Shown piece after piece: positions 53,090 to 64,000 of a stretch of DNA of 64,000 nt. Numbering within the stretch: the stretch's first letter is position 1; each line of letters starts with the position of its first letter. Location of the stretch: NCBI GenBank assembly GCA_000165425.1, contig CT868663.1:186001-250000 (forward strand). The letters run 5' to 3'. The position numbers and the translations under genes are program-made. The DNA comes from Paramecium tetraurelia. Its lineage: Eukaryota. Below the pieces are notes generated by a model that saw only the letters and a program-made list of their open reading frames with translations, searched no databases and was not told where the DNA came from.

Positions 53090-54900
53090 TCAAAAATTAA
53101 ATTTATTTGATATTGTAGCATTTGAGATCTAGGAAATGTTACTTTGATTCGGCTAATATGTAACACTTTAATTACGAAAACTTCTCTACTAATTTAATTT
53201 AGATTATTACATCCTCTTGTAATGGGACTGGAGATGTATATCTAGTAAATGTTTGATTTTTTAAGGTTGAAATTCCAGGCATTTGTGCAGGTGCTTAAAC
53301 TTTGGTTTCATTCAAACATTTATTTAAATATTGAATCATTTAATTATTTGATTCAAGAAGTTTTTANNNNNNNNNNNNNNNNNNNNNNNNNNNNNNNNNN
53401 NNNNNNNNNNNNNNNNNNNNNNNNNNNNNNNNNNNNNNNNNNNNNNNNNNNNNNNNNNNNNNNNNNNNNNNACTAAAGAGTCTTTTTCTCTCCTTACTAA
53501 TTTTAGTATTTAATTTTACATTCATTGATTTATTTATGATTTAAATCATTTGCATCTTATAACTACTATACAGTTTACTCTTATTAGAGGAAAACAGTAT
53601 TTTTTAATTTAATTTTTTCTTTTTATTTGCTAAGCTCATTTTCCAGTTTTTCAATGATCTAATTTCCTTTGTTTACTTCCTCACTCATGACACTGATTCT
53701 GGATTCGAGTTTCTCTATTTATTTTTTTTAATTTATAACTTATTCTTCAAGAATAGACTTGGAATATACATAAATATATTACATTTTATTTTTTCTCATT
53801 TTCTACTAACTATTATTTATTATTCAAATATTCTTCCTTATCATGTATTAATTTTTCAAATCCTTCCTTTTAAATTCTCAATTCTATCAATTGTCTCTCT
53901 TAAGTAAATTTTAGTATATCTAATTCTTTATTCAATTATCTAAATTCTTAATTCTCTTTTTAATATTGTGAGGTTTCTTATTGAAGAATCGCTACTTTAT
54001 TTTTGAGATCCCTCTCCTATTAAATAAGTAGAGATCTTTATTCAGATAATTCTTAATTAGTCTATTATAATTGTGTGTATTTGCTCTATAATTCAAATAC
54101 AATTTTATCGTATTTTTCAATAATAAATTGTTTTTCATTTTCACTCTCCCTTTTAAAATTAGTTTCCTTACTCAAAGTTTATTCTCTAAAATCATTGAAT
54201 TTCTTTTATTCATCTAATAATAATTATTATATGGCTGTATCTTTATCCTCTGTGAATTTTCTGACTTCAGACTTCAAATTTTCTAGTTCCCAATGTTTTT
54301 CCTCCAACAACTCAGTTAATTTTTTGTTTCTTTTTTGGTGCTCTTCATTTTCCTATTTTTCTATTGCTAATTTATTGGATAAGAACACTTTGATCACATC
54401 GTCTGTTGCACTACGTAGTCTCAAAGATAAATGGGTCAATTTTTTAAACTCATTATTTTCAATTACTGCAAGTGTAGATTCTCCGTTCTTGGTTTCCAAG
54501 CAAACATAAAAACTAAATAATCTTGCATCTTTTACTTCACTTTTTCATCTCTTTAACTATTTATGCACAACTATAACAAATCTGCAAGTTTCATTGGAAA
54601 AGTGGCAAAATCGACATGCAGACTTTATTCATTTTTTAATACCAAAAATTCACTTTCTGTCAAATCAAGTATCTACAAAAACTGTAAATTGTTATCATCT
54701 GTCAATTCAATCCTCAAGATTTAACCATGAGCCTATTATTAACTCTATTGCATGATCATTTTCAAAATTAATTGTGTATTCCAATCATCCGTCAACTATT
54801 TCACTTTTACAGGAATTTACAAAGTGAAAAGCTCTTTTGAGACTGTAGTAACAGGAGCATTAATAAAACTGATATTGGAAGATAAAGGTTTATTGCTCAT
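53090..54900 (-). CDS. SAS6: centriolar cartwheel protein SAS-6 (interrupted by assembly gap)
   Basis: LRIELTDD, LKNEQSLHVDFATFP, ENNEFKKLTHLSLRL head-domain motifs followed by a long coiled coil; 3' end inferred across the N run. Confidence 0.88.
53367..53471. other. assembly gap (105 N)
   Basis: Run of N. Confidence 1.
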
Positions 54901-55661
54901 TTAGTCATATTTCAATTTTTAAGATGATTAAAAATCATTCATATTTGCTGTTGATTTAGCAGGAGTTTATTATATACCGAATTCAATTCTTTTGAAATTC
55001 CCCCTATAGTCTTACATTATTATATTTTAAATTTTAACTGTTAATTAAAAGGAAAATATTTAGTATAAATCAAATTTAAATACACACTAATCGTCATCCT
55101 CATCGATTTGATAGAGCTACTATATAGATTATATAATTATGTATTTTATACAATTTTACTTTAACTTAAAAAATGTATGGTCTTAGTGCTTCTATCTATG
55201 AATTATAGCAATGTCACACTTAGTTATTAACTGTTCATTCAAGAAAATTATAGTTAAAATCTGTTTTATGGAATTACAAATAGAATTAAGAATAATTTGG
55301 ATTTTTAATAATTATTGATCATAAGAAAACTTCTATTGTAACCAATAAAAATTGTGAATTTTATATAAGTATTCAAATCATTGTTTTTGTATTTAGTCGC
55401 TTTAAACTTAGATTAAAAATGATTTCATATTTTTATCTTAGGGTAAATTTAAAATAAAAGTGCTTTTCCAATTATTATATTACAATATAAAGGTTTGTAA
55501 ATTGATCTATTTATTACTATTTATATATAATATAATTTCTTTAGTTATTGTGATATTCTTACTATCGTAATAAATAGTACTTTGATGGAATGAATTATTC
55601 CATTTTTGAATGAGTATTTTAAGATAATAAAAATATTAAATAATCTAAATTTTAAGAATAA

Positions 55662-56643
55662 TCATTTCTCATTGTTAATGGATGTAAACACAATAAAAAT
55701 GATAGAAAGAGTACCATAATTTAAATCTACTTAATGGTATCCTAATTGAACAAACAACGATAATATTGTGACTGCTCCAGGCAAGATCCACATTTTTATA
55801 GTCTTCTAAGCTTAAATTTCATTTTAAGCTATGTAGCCAACCATCTATAAAATAGTCATGAATGTTATTTCACTAGAAATTGATCATAAAATATTATACA
55901 GAAAATATGCACCAGAAAATATATTTTACACTTCTTGGGCCATCAGATTGAGTAGAATATATACTGGCAAACCAAAAAGACTTTAGTACAGCATCAAAGT
56001 GAAAAAAGGAAGTTGTTTACTCATCAGAAATTTAATCACATGAGAGAATGCCAAACATGCTGGTTAGAGTAGGCATACGAACACATATAGTAAGTTTTGA
56101 CCAAAGAGTAAAGTTGATAGAGTTTGCATCAAGGAAATAACCAAATTTAGTTAATTTCCTGCTTAATAAAGAAAATGGTTAAAGACCTATATATATCCTG
56201 GAGTCAATTAATGAAAAGCACAAATTTCTGAAAATGGGAAATAAATCCTAAATTCATAAATAATCTTACATCGCCCAAAATCCGACTAAGGAAGCGATGA
56301 CTTGACATCCTGCCATAGCGCCTATCACTCTGAAGGACGATTAGTCCAGATGAAAAAGACGTTTGTCAAAAAATTAAATATACATCAAAGTCATTATAAC
56401 TTTGATGATGCATCTTTATGTAGCTATTGTAATTGCATCAATATTTTAAACTAAGGAGTATCCAATCATTAGTTGCAATAATTAACATATTACGTAAATA
56501 CCACATAATGCTTGTGGAGGAATCTTAGAGGCACTAGGAATTAATTCTTATGTCTCATTCAAAAGGTTTGTGTTATTAATATTGGCATGGAAGCTTAGAT
56601 TGGATTCAGCCCTGCTTAATTTTTCTGACATTCGCTCATCCAT
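55662..56643 (-). CDS. multi-pass membrane protein, EamA/DMT-like transporter
   Basis: Many hydrophobic segments (VFVCLLQPACLAFSHVI, FSGAYFLYNIFMI, ILSLFVQLG, TLSIIFIVF); several short introns. Confidence 0.6.
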
Positions 56644-56900
56644 TTTTATTATAAATATATTATTTGAATAAAATTTAATTATAGGAATTCAAAGTGCAGC
56701 GTAATTCCATATCTAAAACTATTTTTGGCTTGGTAGGCATCGTTTATTAGAAATAATTTCTACTGTCGATTAAAATTAAGTCAAATGACAGCATTATCAA
56801 ATCGAATGGTTTCATTATTACTTATTTAATTTTAAATTTGATTTTCTTAGAACCTCTAGTATTATTGAAATTTGATTTTATATATATAAATTTTAATTAA

Positions 56901-58011
56901 ATGTCGCTAAGTTAACTGTCAAGCAAACAAGGCATAAATTATGCAAGTATCCTATTTAATAATAAGTTATAGAGAACTCAGACATAAGAAATCTCCAAAT
57001 GATTAATAGTCATTTGGTTTATCTGAATACTTTAATAAGGATAATTAATTCAACTAGGGAACTTTTTAATAAAGAAGAAAACCGAGTCTAGACTCTAAGA
57101 GTCAAAGAGCAAAATCGTCTCTTGAAAATAATTAAAATTCCTATCGTCAAATTACATTGTTGCATGATAGAGAAGAATTGGATGAAGACAAATTATTTGA
57201 CCAATTTTTTAAACTAAATAACTCCAGAACTGATTATATGAAGGAACCTATTTAAAGGGATACAGCCAAAAAATATCATGATGAGAGAGAATTTCTAAAT
57301 TTTGTTGAAAATGCTATTGAATATCATAAATAATCAGAGGTTAGATCTTTTAGACCTTCTACAAATAATAAATGTACTCATCTTGAAAAGAAATTAAAAG
57401 AGGCAACCTTATCAAATAGAGTACTAGCAAATTAATTAAACCAATAAAAATAAAAGGAAATTGAACTCAAACATAGGATGAAATTGATGCATAAAGAGTT
57501 TTCCATTTAATTTAGTAGATTAATACAATAAAATACATGGTTATAAGAGCTATTGGCTAAATAAAAAATAGATAATTAGAATTCATTATTGGCTGTGAAA
57601 AAAGCAGTTGAAATGCTTTAAATTAAGTGCAAATGTTAAAAAGGGAATTAATTGTGCGATAAGATCCTAAGAGATGTAAAGAATTAGGAAAAAATACGCT
57701 TACAGTATGATTGGGAATAAGATTCTTAGAATATTTAATCTTCATCAGAATTAAATCATGATACTCATGAAGATGAATAAACAAATGAAATAAATTTTTA
57801 ATTATATGAAAAAAACAGAAGGAAATCAATTTCTAAGGTTTAACATAATTCAATTCAATCAACTGAAGACCAATAGGATTAGTTAGTTCAGAGTTACATT
57901 CAAGGTACGACCAAAAACTTGAGAGAATATCCGAAAGATTTATATTAAAAGAAAAGACAATATTAAGAAACTTGTTATATAGAGGAAGAAAATACAATCA
58001 GTAGTAATTGA
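56901..58011 (+). CDS. hypothetical coiled-coil protein
   Basis: MSLSQLSSKQGINY..., introns, TGA 58009-58011. Confidence 0.55.
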
Positions 58012-58943
58012 ATAATTTTTATTCAATGATAATTGATATTAATTATTATTATCGTAATTTTTCAAATATCTTTAAGATCTATTGTAATTATTTTTTCAAT
58101 AAATGTATTAATTACATATAATCAATGTAAAAACACTTATCTACTTTTTATTAATTTCTGATTTTTAATGATTGGGTAACCAAGATATTTAAATTTTTAT
58201 ACGCATATATAATATATATTTAATATCTTAATTTTTGATTGGATTTGTTTTTTAAAAGTATTTATATCTTTTTATATACCCACAGGATTCTTGTTCTCAG
58301 TTATTAGAAATTAGTATTAGAATTCTTAAATTGGGAATATAAAAAAGTTGAAATATACTGCATCAGATGACGAGCGTAAAACTGATTAATTAAATTATGA
58401 AAATGCTTAACAAAGACAGGTTTAGAATGATTAGAAAGATGATCCTTCAAAGATAAATAGATTATAATCTATTCTAAAATAAACCAAATGCTGTAAGAAA
58501 TTTGTTACTCAATAAAGCTCATTAAGGTTGAATTGAATCTAGGTACTGAATATTTATATTATGAACAATTTGGAAGATTCGAGTCTGAATCAATCTGCTT
58601 AATTCTTATTGAATCATAAACAGTAAAGATAATTTGAATAAGTAAATTTTCTTGTTAATAGGCCAAAATAAGACTTAGGTTGATAAGATGAATCAGGTCT
58701 CAAAGGTTAATAATATACTAACTAATGATTGGAAATAACTCTTGAATTATTTCATCTTTTATAATTAATAAAAAGAAAAAATTTAAGATTTTTATTATTC
58801 TTTGAAAACTATTTAAAAGAGTAATATATTACAAATAAGTATTTGAATTCATTGGTGGTGAATTACTTTTACTTTATTCATTGATAATAGATTACATATA
58901 ATAAAATAAGAATACAATTAAAGAATGAATTATTTTATATAGT

Positions 58944-60011
58944 TCATTTAGTAATCATTCTCAATCCTATTACTTCTGGATCTTCATATTTTTTATAAAA
59001 ACCATCATGAGTCTGCTACATTTATCGGAAGATCTATTGAATTTCTTTTTTCTCTTCCATCATTTCAGCTTCCTCATAACATACATCAGAAATCAATTCT
59101 TTCATAAATGGATCTGTAATGGTTTCTCTGGCTGCCTTTTTTCTTCTCTCTTAATTTTAAACTTAAATGGTTTGCATTCTTTTAAAATTATTTTGGGCTT
59201 GTCTTTTAAATTGCTAATCTTTAACCTTCATTTTAACAATAGAGTTGCCCCATTTTTTATTAAAAAATTCCAATTATTGTTCTCTGAGTCTAACTCTTAA
59301 TTTGTCTGCTTCACTTTAGAAGGTATCATAATAATCTTGATTTTTAGCTTCTTTTGATGGTTGAATTTGTGTTATGCTTTCAATATTAGTATTCAATCTG
59401 GCCAAAATGCTTTTCTTTTATTCTTTTTCAATTTATCTAATGTCAGTGATGTCCTTGAATAGTTGAAGTTATGGATTTTCTCTCAAATCTATATCTTTGA
59501 ATTTGTCTTTAAGGTATGGTTTAAGATTTTGAATAGTTTCAAATAATTATGGTTCATATTTTTCCAAATCCAACTAGTTTCTTGCTTTTAGGAGGAGTTC
59601 ACTTTTAACACTGAACCTTGTATTTGATTCGAATTCTAAATGTTAAGGGAATTGAGTTTTCCACCTTTTAATTCTTTCTTATTCTAACAATATCTTAATT
59701 TTGTCTCTTTAGATTTCAGTTTTTCTATCATCCACACCAACAGTATTTAATTCCTACAATAGTTCATTAATGGTAAAAAAAGTGTCGAGTCCTTTAAATT
59801 CCTTGAGTACAACATCAAACCTGTCTGATTTTGATAAAGCCCTGAGACCTAATTTATTTTCCAAGACACTAAAACGAGTATTATTTTGAGATTGAGTTTG
59901 AGCTCCAGACTATATCATTTTCTGTTTCATTTTGGCTTAGATTTCTTTTAATCTAGACTTCTTCCTATAATCTGTAGTAGGGATTACTTTATTTTTAGGA
60001 GTATTAGACAT
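58944..60011 (-). CDS. hypothetical Lys/Glu-rich protein
   Basis: Open ciliate-code frame MSNTPKNKVIPTTDYRKK...GLRMITK-TGA. Confidence 0.65.
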
Positions 60012-60111
60012 TAAAAAAATTAGTAAATATTAATGTATAGAAATAAGTAATAAGAAGAAATGATGAGATAAATAATGATTTTTCTTTTAATATTTAATTT
60101 CACTTTCTTCA

Positions 60112-63100
60112 TCAGAAACTTAAGGAAATCAAGACGGGCAAAACATATAGATATGATCCATGATCAGTTGAAATAGGATCAGTGACATTAGTTGAATTGT
60201 TATCTACTGTGGTGGTATTGTTGTTGCTACTGGCTCCAGATCCACAAGCAACACATTTCTTAGTGTTAGCATTCCAACTATAAGTATATTAACTCATCTT
60301 ATAACATGTCTCTTAAGTTAAGGAACTTGGATCACCAGTGACACACTTTCCTCCTTGAACTTAACAAACTGTGTATTTCTTACCATCGAAACTAGGGATG
60401 GTGACACATTTTGCAGTTCCCTTAGCAGCCGAATCACAAGTATGATTGGAACATGAACTAGCAGTAGTGCCGACTGCAGCAGTCCATTTGCAAGTTAAAG
60501 ATTTGGATTGGCAAGCAGTTTGATCTGAATTGGCATCTGAACATTATGAAAATAGTTTGCATGTTCCAGTTGTTGTGGATCCTGATGCTGCAGTAAATGC
60601 ACATGCTCCATCTGTTCCACCAGCAGTACAAGCTTCTTTGGTGGTGTAATCTGCACACTTTCCTTGATCTATGCATTTGGTTCCATCTGATATGCATCCA
60701 GCTAAGGCAGCAGCGCATTCAGAACTCTTAGTCTTCTTAGTATCTGAGCAAGTCTTTGTTTTGCATGATTTGGCTGCAGTATCCCAAGAGCAAGCCTTGA
60801 ATTAACTATCAATGACGCAACCTGCTTATTTTGTATATGAGGCACAATCAGCCAAAGCAATACATTTAGATCCATCAGTTGTACATTTTGTAGTTGAGTT
60901 AATCTAATATCCAAAACATCCATTATGGGTTGAAGTAGATGTAGATGCATCTGAACATTATCTCAATCTACAAGCTGAAGTATCCTTATCAAATTAACAT
61001 GTACCATCAGTTCCTCCAATCTTACAAGCAGTTTCACTATCAGCATATGTAGAGCATTCACCCATATCGATGCAGTTTGTTCCATTACTAATACATTTAG
61101 CATTGAAGGCTGAACATTCGTTACTTACTTTAGAGACTAAGTCTGTGCATTAGGTAAAGAGTTGGCATTTCTTTGTAGAAGTCACCCAACCACAAACACC
61201 ATCAGAACCAATTGAGCATTATATTTATTTGGTGTAATTGCTGCAAATCTTTAAGGGAGTACATTTGCTTTCATCAGTAGTACAATATTTGGAGGCTGCT
61301 TAACAGGCTGTTACTGTTTTCAATGATAAATCGGAACATCTGTAGTATTATTGGCATGCACCATCGTTCCAGAGACATGGTTATAATGAAGAGTCTTTAA
61401 GACATTTTGCCTAAGTCTTAAACATGTCGCAAGTGAATGTAGATTTCATACATCCAGCACCATTACTAACACAACCTGAAATGAATGCATCACAATCAGC
61501 ATCATTTACTAATGTAACTGCTGCATCCTAACAATCCTTCGCTCTGCATCCTTTTATTTAGGTACCTGTTACAACAGTTTCATCCCAAGTACAACTTCCA
61601 ATTGAATCTGTTGATTTTGCAGCTGAACAAACTTCCTTTCTTATATAACTGGTACATGCACCTTTAGTTACACAACCATTTCCTGTTCCAGCAAAAGTAC
61701 AAGTACTAGAATAATCTGTACAATCTGTTTCTGAACCTACTGACAATGGTAAATCTTCACATTTTGCTTCTGTGCAAGCGCCATTCTTCCAAATACAAAC
61801 ACCAAATCCTGCAGTAGTTTTAGAACTAGCACAAACACTTTATCCATTTGCAGTGTAACTACTGCAAGTTGTTTGAACGTCTCTACATTATGAAGCCCAG
61901 GCACAAGTAAAATCATTTCCGCTTTTAAGAGCAGTACAAGATGAAGTAGAATATACATCACCACATAAAATTGCTGAACCACAACCACGACCATTTGTTT
62001 TACATCCTTTTTTGTATGCATCACATTCGGCATCAGTAGTTAGAGTAACAGGAGCATCTGAACACTTAGCAGCAGTACAACTTGTTGGGGTTTCAGTTTA
62101 GAGTGCTGTACCAACACATGGTCCATCTGAAGCTACGTATTAAGTACAAGAGATAAAGTTGCCCTTCAATTATGAACATGTCGTGATGACATCACATTTT
62201 GATCCATTGTAATGACATTATAAACCATAAGCTTAGCATACTGATTCGGAATAAGCATCAACAGCCAATTTAGTGCAATCTTTCACTTTGCAAGATGTTG
62301 TAGCAGTGGCAGTTGAATCATTTGTACATGATTTACCATTACCTACAGCTTTTTCGCAATCTGCTTAGACTCCTTAATAGGATGTACACTCAGCTGTGGA
62401 CTCAATACAACCTGGTCTCTTTGTAACACATCCTTTCATGAAGGCAGCGCAATCAGTATCAGTAGTTGCAGTTGTGTTATGAGCACAAGTTCTATCAATG
62501 CATGCTCCTTTAGTAGTTAAAGACAAACTCCAACATTGCTTATCATTACCAGTTAGTAATTTACATCCATCTTGATTTCCCCATTAGCCAGAACATGGAG
62601 TGGTGCTTGGAATGCATCCTTTACCAGTTGTAATGCAACCATCTAAATATTTCTTACAATCAGCATCTGTGGTGGCTGTTCCATTGTCTTAGCATCTTCT
62701 AGCAACACAAGTACCAGTGGTGGTAGATGTATTATTACCTTAGCATTTTGATCCCAACACTAGACCTGTAAGTAATTAGCAACTCTCTGTAGTTCCTGAC
62801 ATTGATGTGCATGTTGTCGTTATATCAACACAACCATTTCCATCAGTCTTACAAGTTGGAAGCCATGCCTAACAAATAGCATCAGTTTTTCCATCTGGTT
62901 TTTAAGAACATTATCTATCCAAACAATTAGCTGTACCAGCCGAACCATGCGACTAGCATAATCTATATTCCCAAACACCAGCAGGAGTTTTGTATTTACC
63001 TGTTAAAGTCAAGCATTCTTCTTGTGTACCCTAAACTAGAGTACATCCAGAAGTACTTGCATCAGCAGCATTTCCATTGACACAAGTAGGACCAGTAGAT

Positions 63101-64000
63101 GGCCTTGAGAATACACATAACTCATAATATGAGTTACATTATGAAAATGATGAGACAGTAACTCCAAGATGAGTATTTGCATTTGCACACGATCTTTCTA
63201 CACAGGTAGATCCACTATAGAAACACAATTAAGCAGCTGCAGTTCCTTGAAATGTAGATGTATAAACAACTTTTTTTGTATTGCAATCATTTTAAGCAGT
63301 ACCAGTACAGACATCATTTTCACAATTATTGGTTACAGTTGTACTTGATTTGCATTAACCACCTTGAGCAGTGATAATAGTAGAACATGAAGCAGTGTTT
63401 GATTTACCAAATGTAGCACAGGTAGATCCAGTAGAACAAACTGCAACGTCATTTACCTTACCAAAATGGCATGTAGGATGATAGTCTTAACAGTTTTTTT
63501 CAGTAGCGGGAGAAGTAACATTAGTGCATGTAGCTTCTTCACATGCAGAACCATTTGACATCCTTGCACAACTAGATTTATGATCTGTACAAGTCTTTTG
63601 ATCTGCTGGACTTGCAATCTAACTGCATGCTCTTTCAGTACAAGCATTAGGAGTAGCATCTGTCCAATAACACTTTACACCACTTGAATTGACTAGATCC
63701 TTACAAGCAGCCACTGAAGTTCCAGCATAAGTACTACAAAGTCCTATTGCAACACATGAATTATTAAAAAAGACACACTTATTTGGTAAGACTGCATCGC
63801 AACTAGCTTAATTAGCTGCGCCAGTGATACCAGAACATGTAACTTCGGCTGTACAGGCTTCTCTTTTAGCACATCCTTTTGATAAGGCAGCACAACCTGT
63901 TTAATTCAATCCTGTATAAGCATCACAATTCTAAGAACTTGGAACACATCCATTTCCTGTTGTCACACATCCCTTCAAGAACTTATCACATAACTCATCA
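60112..64000 (-). CDS. Cys-rich GPI-anchored surface antigen family protein (3' part; 5' end outside window)
   Basis: Periodic Cys repeats (CVTTGNGC, CITTGKGC, CKTNGRGC, CISNGTNC, CISDGTKC; CxW motifs), Thr/Ala/Ser-rich, higher GC, Asn/Thr linker and hydrophobic end YLYVLPVLISLSF-TGA. Confidence 0.92.

Noticed and set aside
48445..54900. Clustering of cilia-related genes (PKD2-like, SAS-6) as a functional gene cluster
   Set aside because: They are separated by an unrelated Fip1-motif gene, and ciliary genes are abundant in ciliates, so proximity is expected by chance.
58340..58780. Short coding-like frames on the plus strand
   Set aside because: Frames close early at TGA with no recognisable motif or consistent introns.
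3561..63659. Most entries of the supplied ORF track taken as genes
   Set aside because: They were computed with TAA/TAG as stops and no splicing. They are exon fragments (e.g. 3561-3755, 37971-38177, 50461-50667) or antisense/off-frame shadows of real genes (e.g. 9317-9529, 15599-15847, 54075-54509, 59007-59300).
1..64000. Frequent in-frame TAA/TAG as mass pseudogenisation or a novel recoding system
   Set aside because: This is the known ciliate nuclear code (TAA/TAG = Gln); conserved proteins such as EF1-gamma and U2A' read intact.
1..64000. tRNA, rRNA, transposons, telomeric repeats or retained IESs
   Set aside because: I saw no cloverleaf, transposase, terminal inverted repeats or C4A2/C3A3 tracts. 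ORF interruptions were explained by GT-AG introns rather than TA-bounded inserts. Small IESs or snoRNAs could be missed by eye.

Overview
AT-rich, gene-dense eukaryotic DNA from a ciliate, almost certainly Paramecium and probably a macronuclear assembly. Recognisable proteins only read through if TAA/TAG are translated as Gln and TGA is the sole stop, and genes are interrupted by tiny 20-30 nt GT-AG introns. The supplied ORF track (standard code, no splicing) is therefore mostly fragments or antisense artefacts. Manual translation gives about 35 genes. These include an ankyrin-AGC kinase, an MST/Hippo-like kinase, a FAM184-like protein, mitochondrial acyl carrier protein, an importin-beta-family protein, EF1-gamma, an SDR, a pseudokinase-MORN protein, SAPS/PP6R, U2A', a CK1-like kinase, a VPS9 protein, two bZIP factors, an RPB11-like subunit, an AP sigma subunit, DnaJ, a PKD2-like channel, a Fip1-motif protein, SAS-6 (spanning an N gap), an EamA-like transporter and a partial Cys-rich surface antigen. 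There is also a decayed choline-transporter-like pseudogene. The best lead is a membrane-tethered ATF6/XBP1-like bZIP with a perfect UPR element (TGACGTGG) 73 bp upstream of its own ATG and a stop-containing intron between zipper and membrane anchor, a candidate ER-stress circuit. Other leads are a tandem longin-like protein with duplicated intron positions and a possible ubiquitin-like domain on the PKD2-like channel. All calls come from reading by eye without database searches, and gene boundaries include introns.
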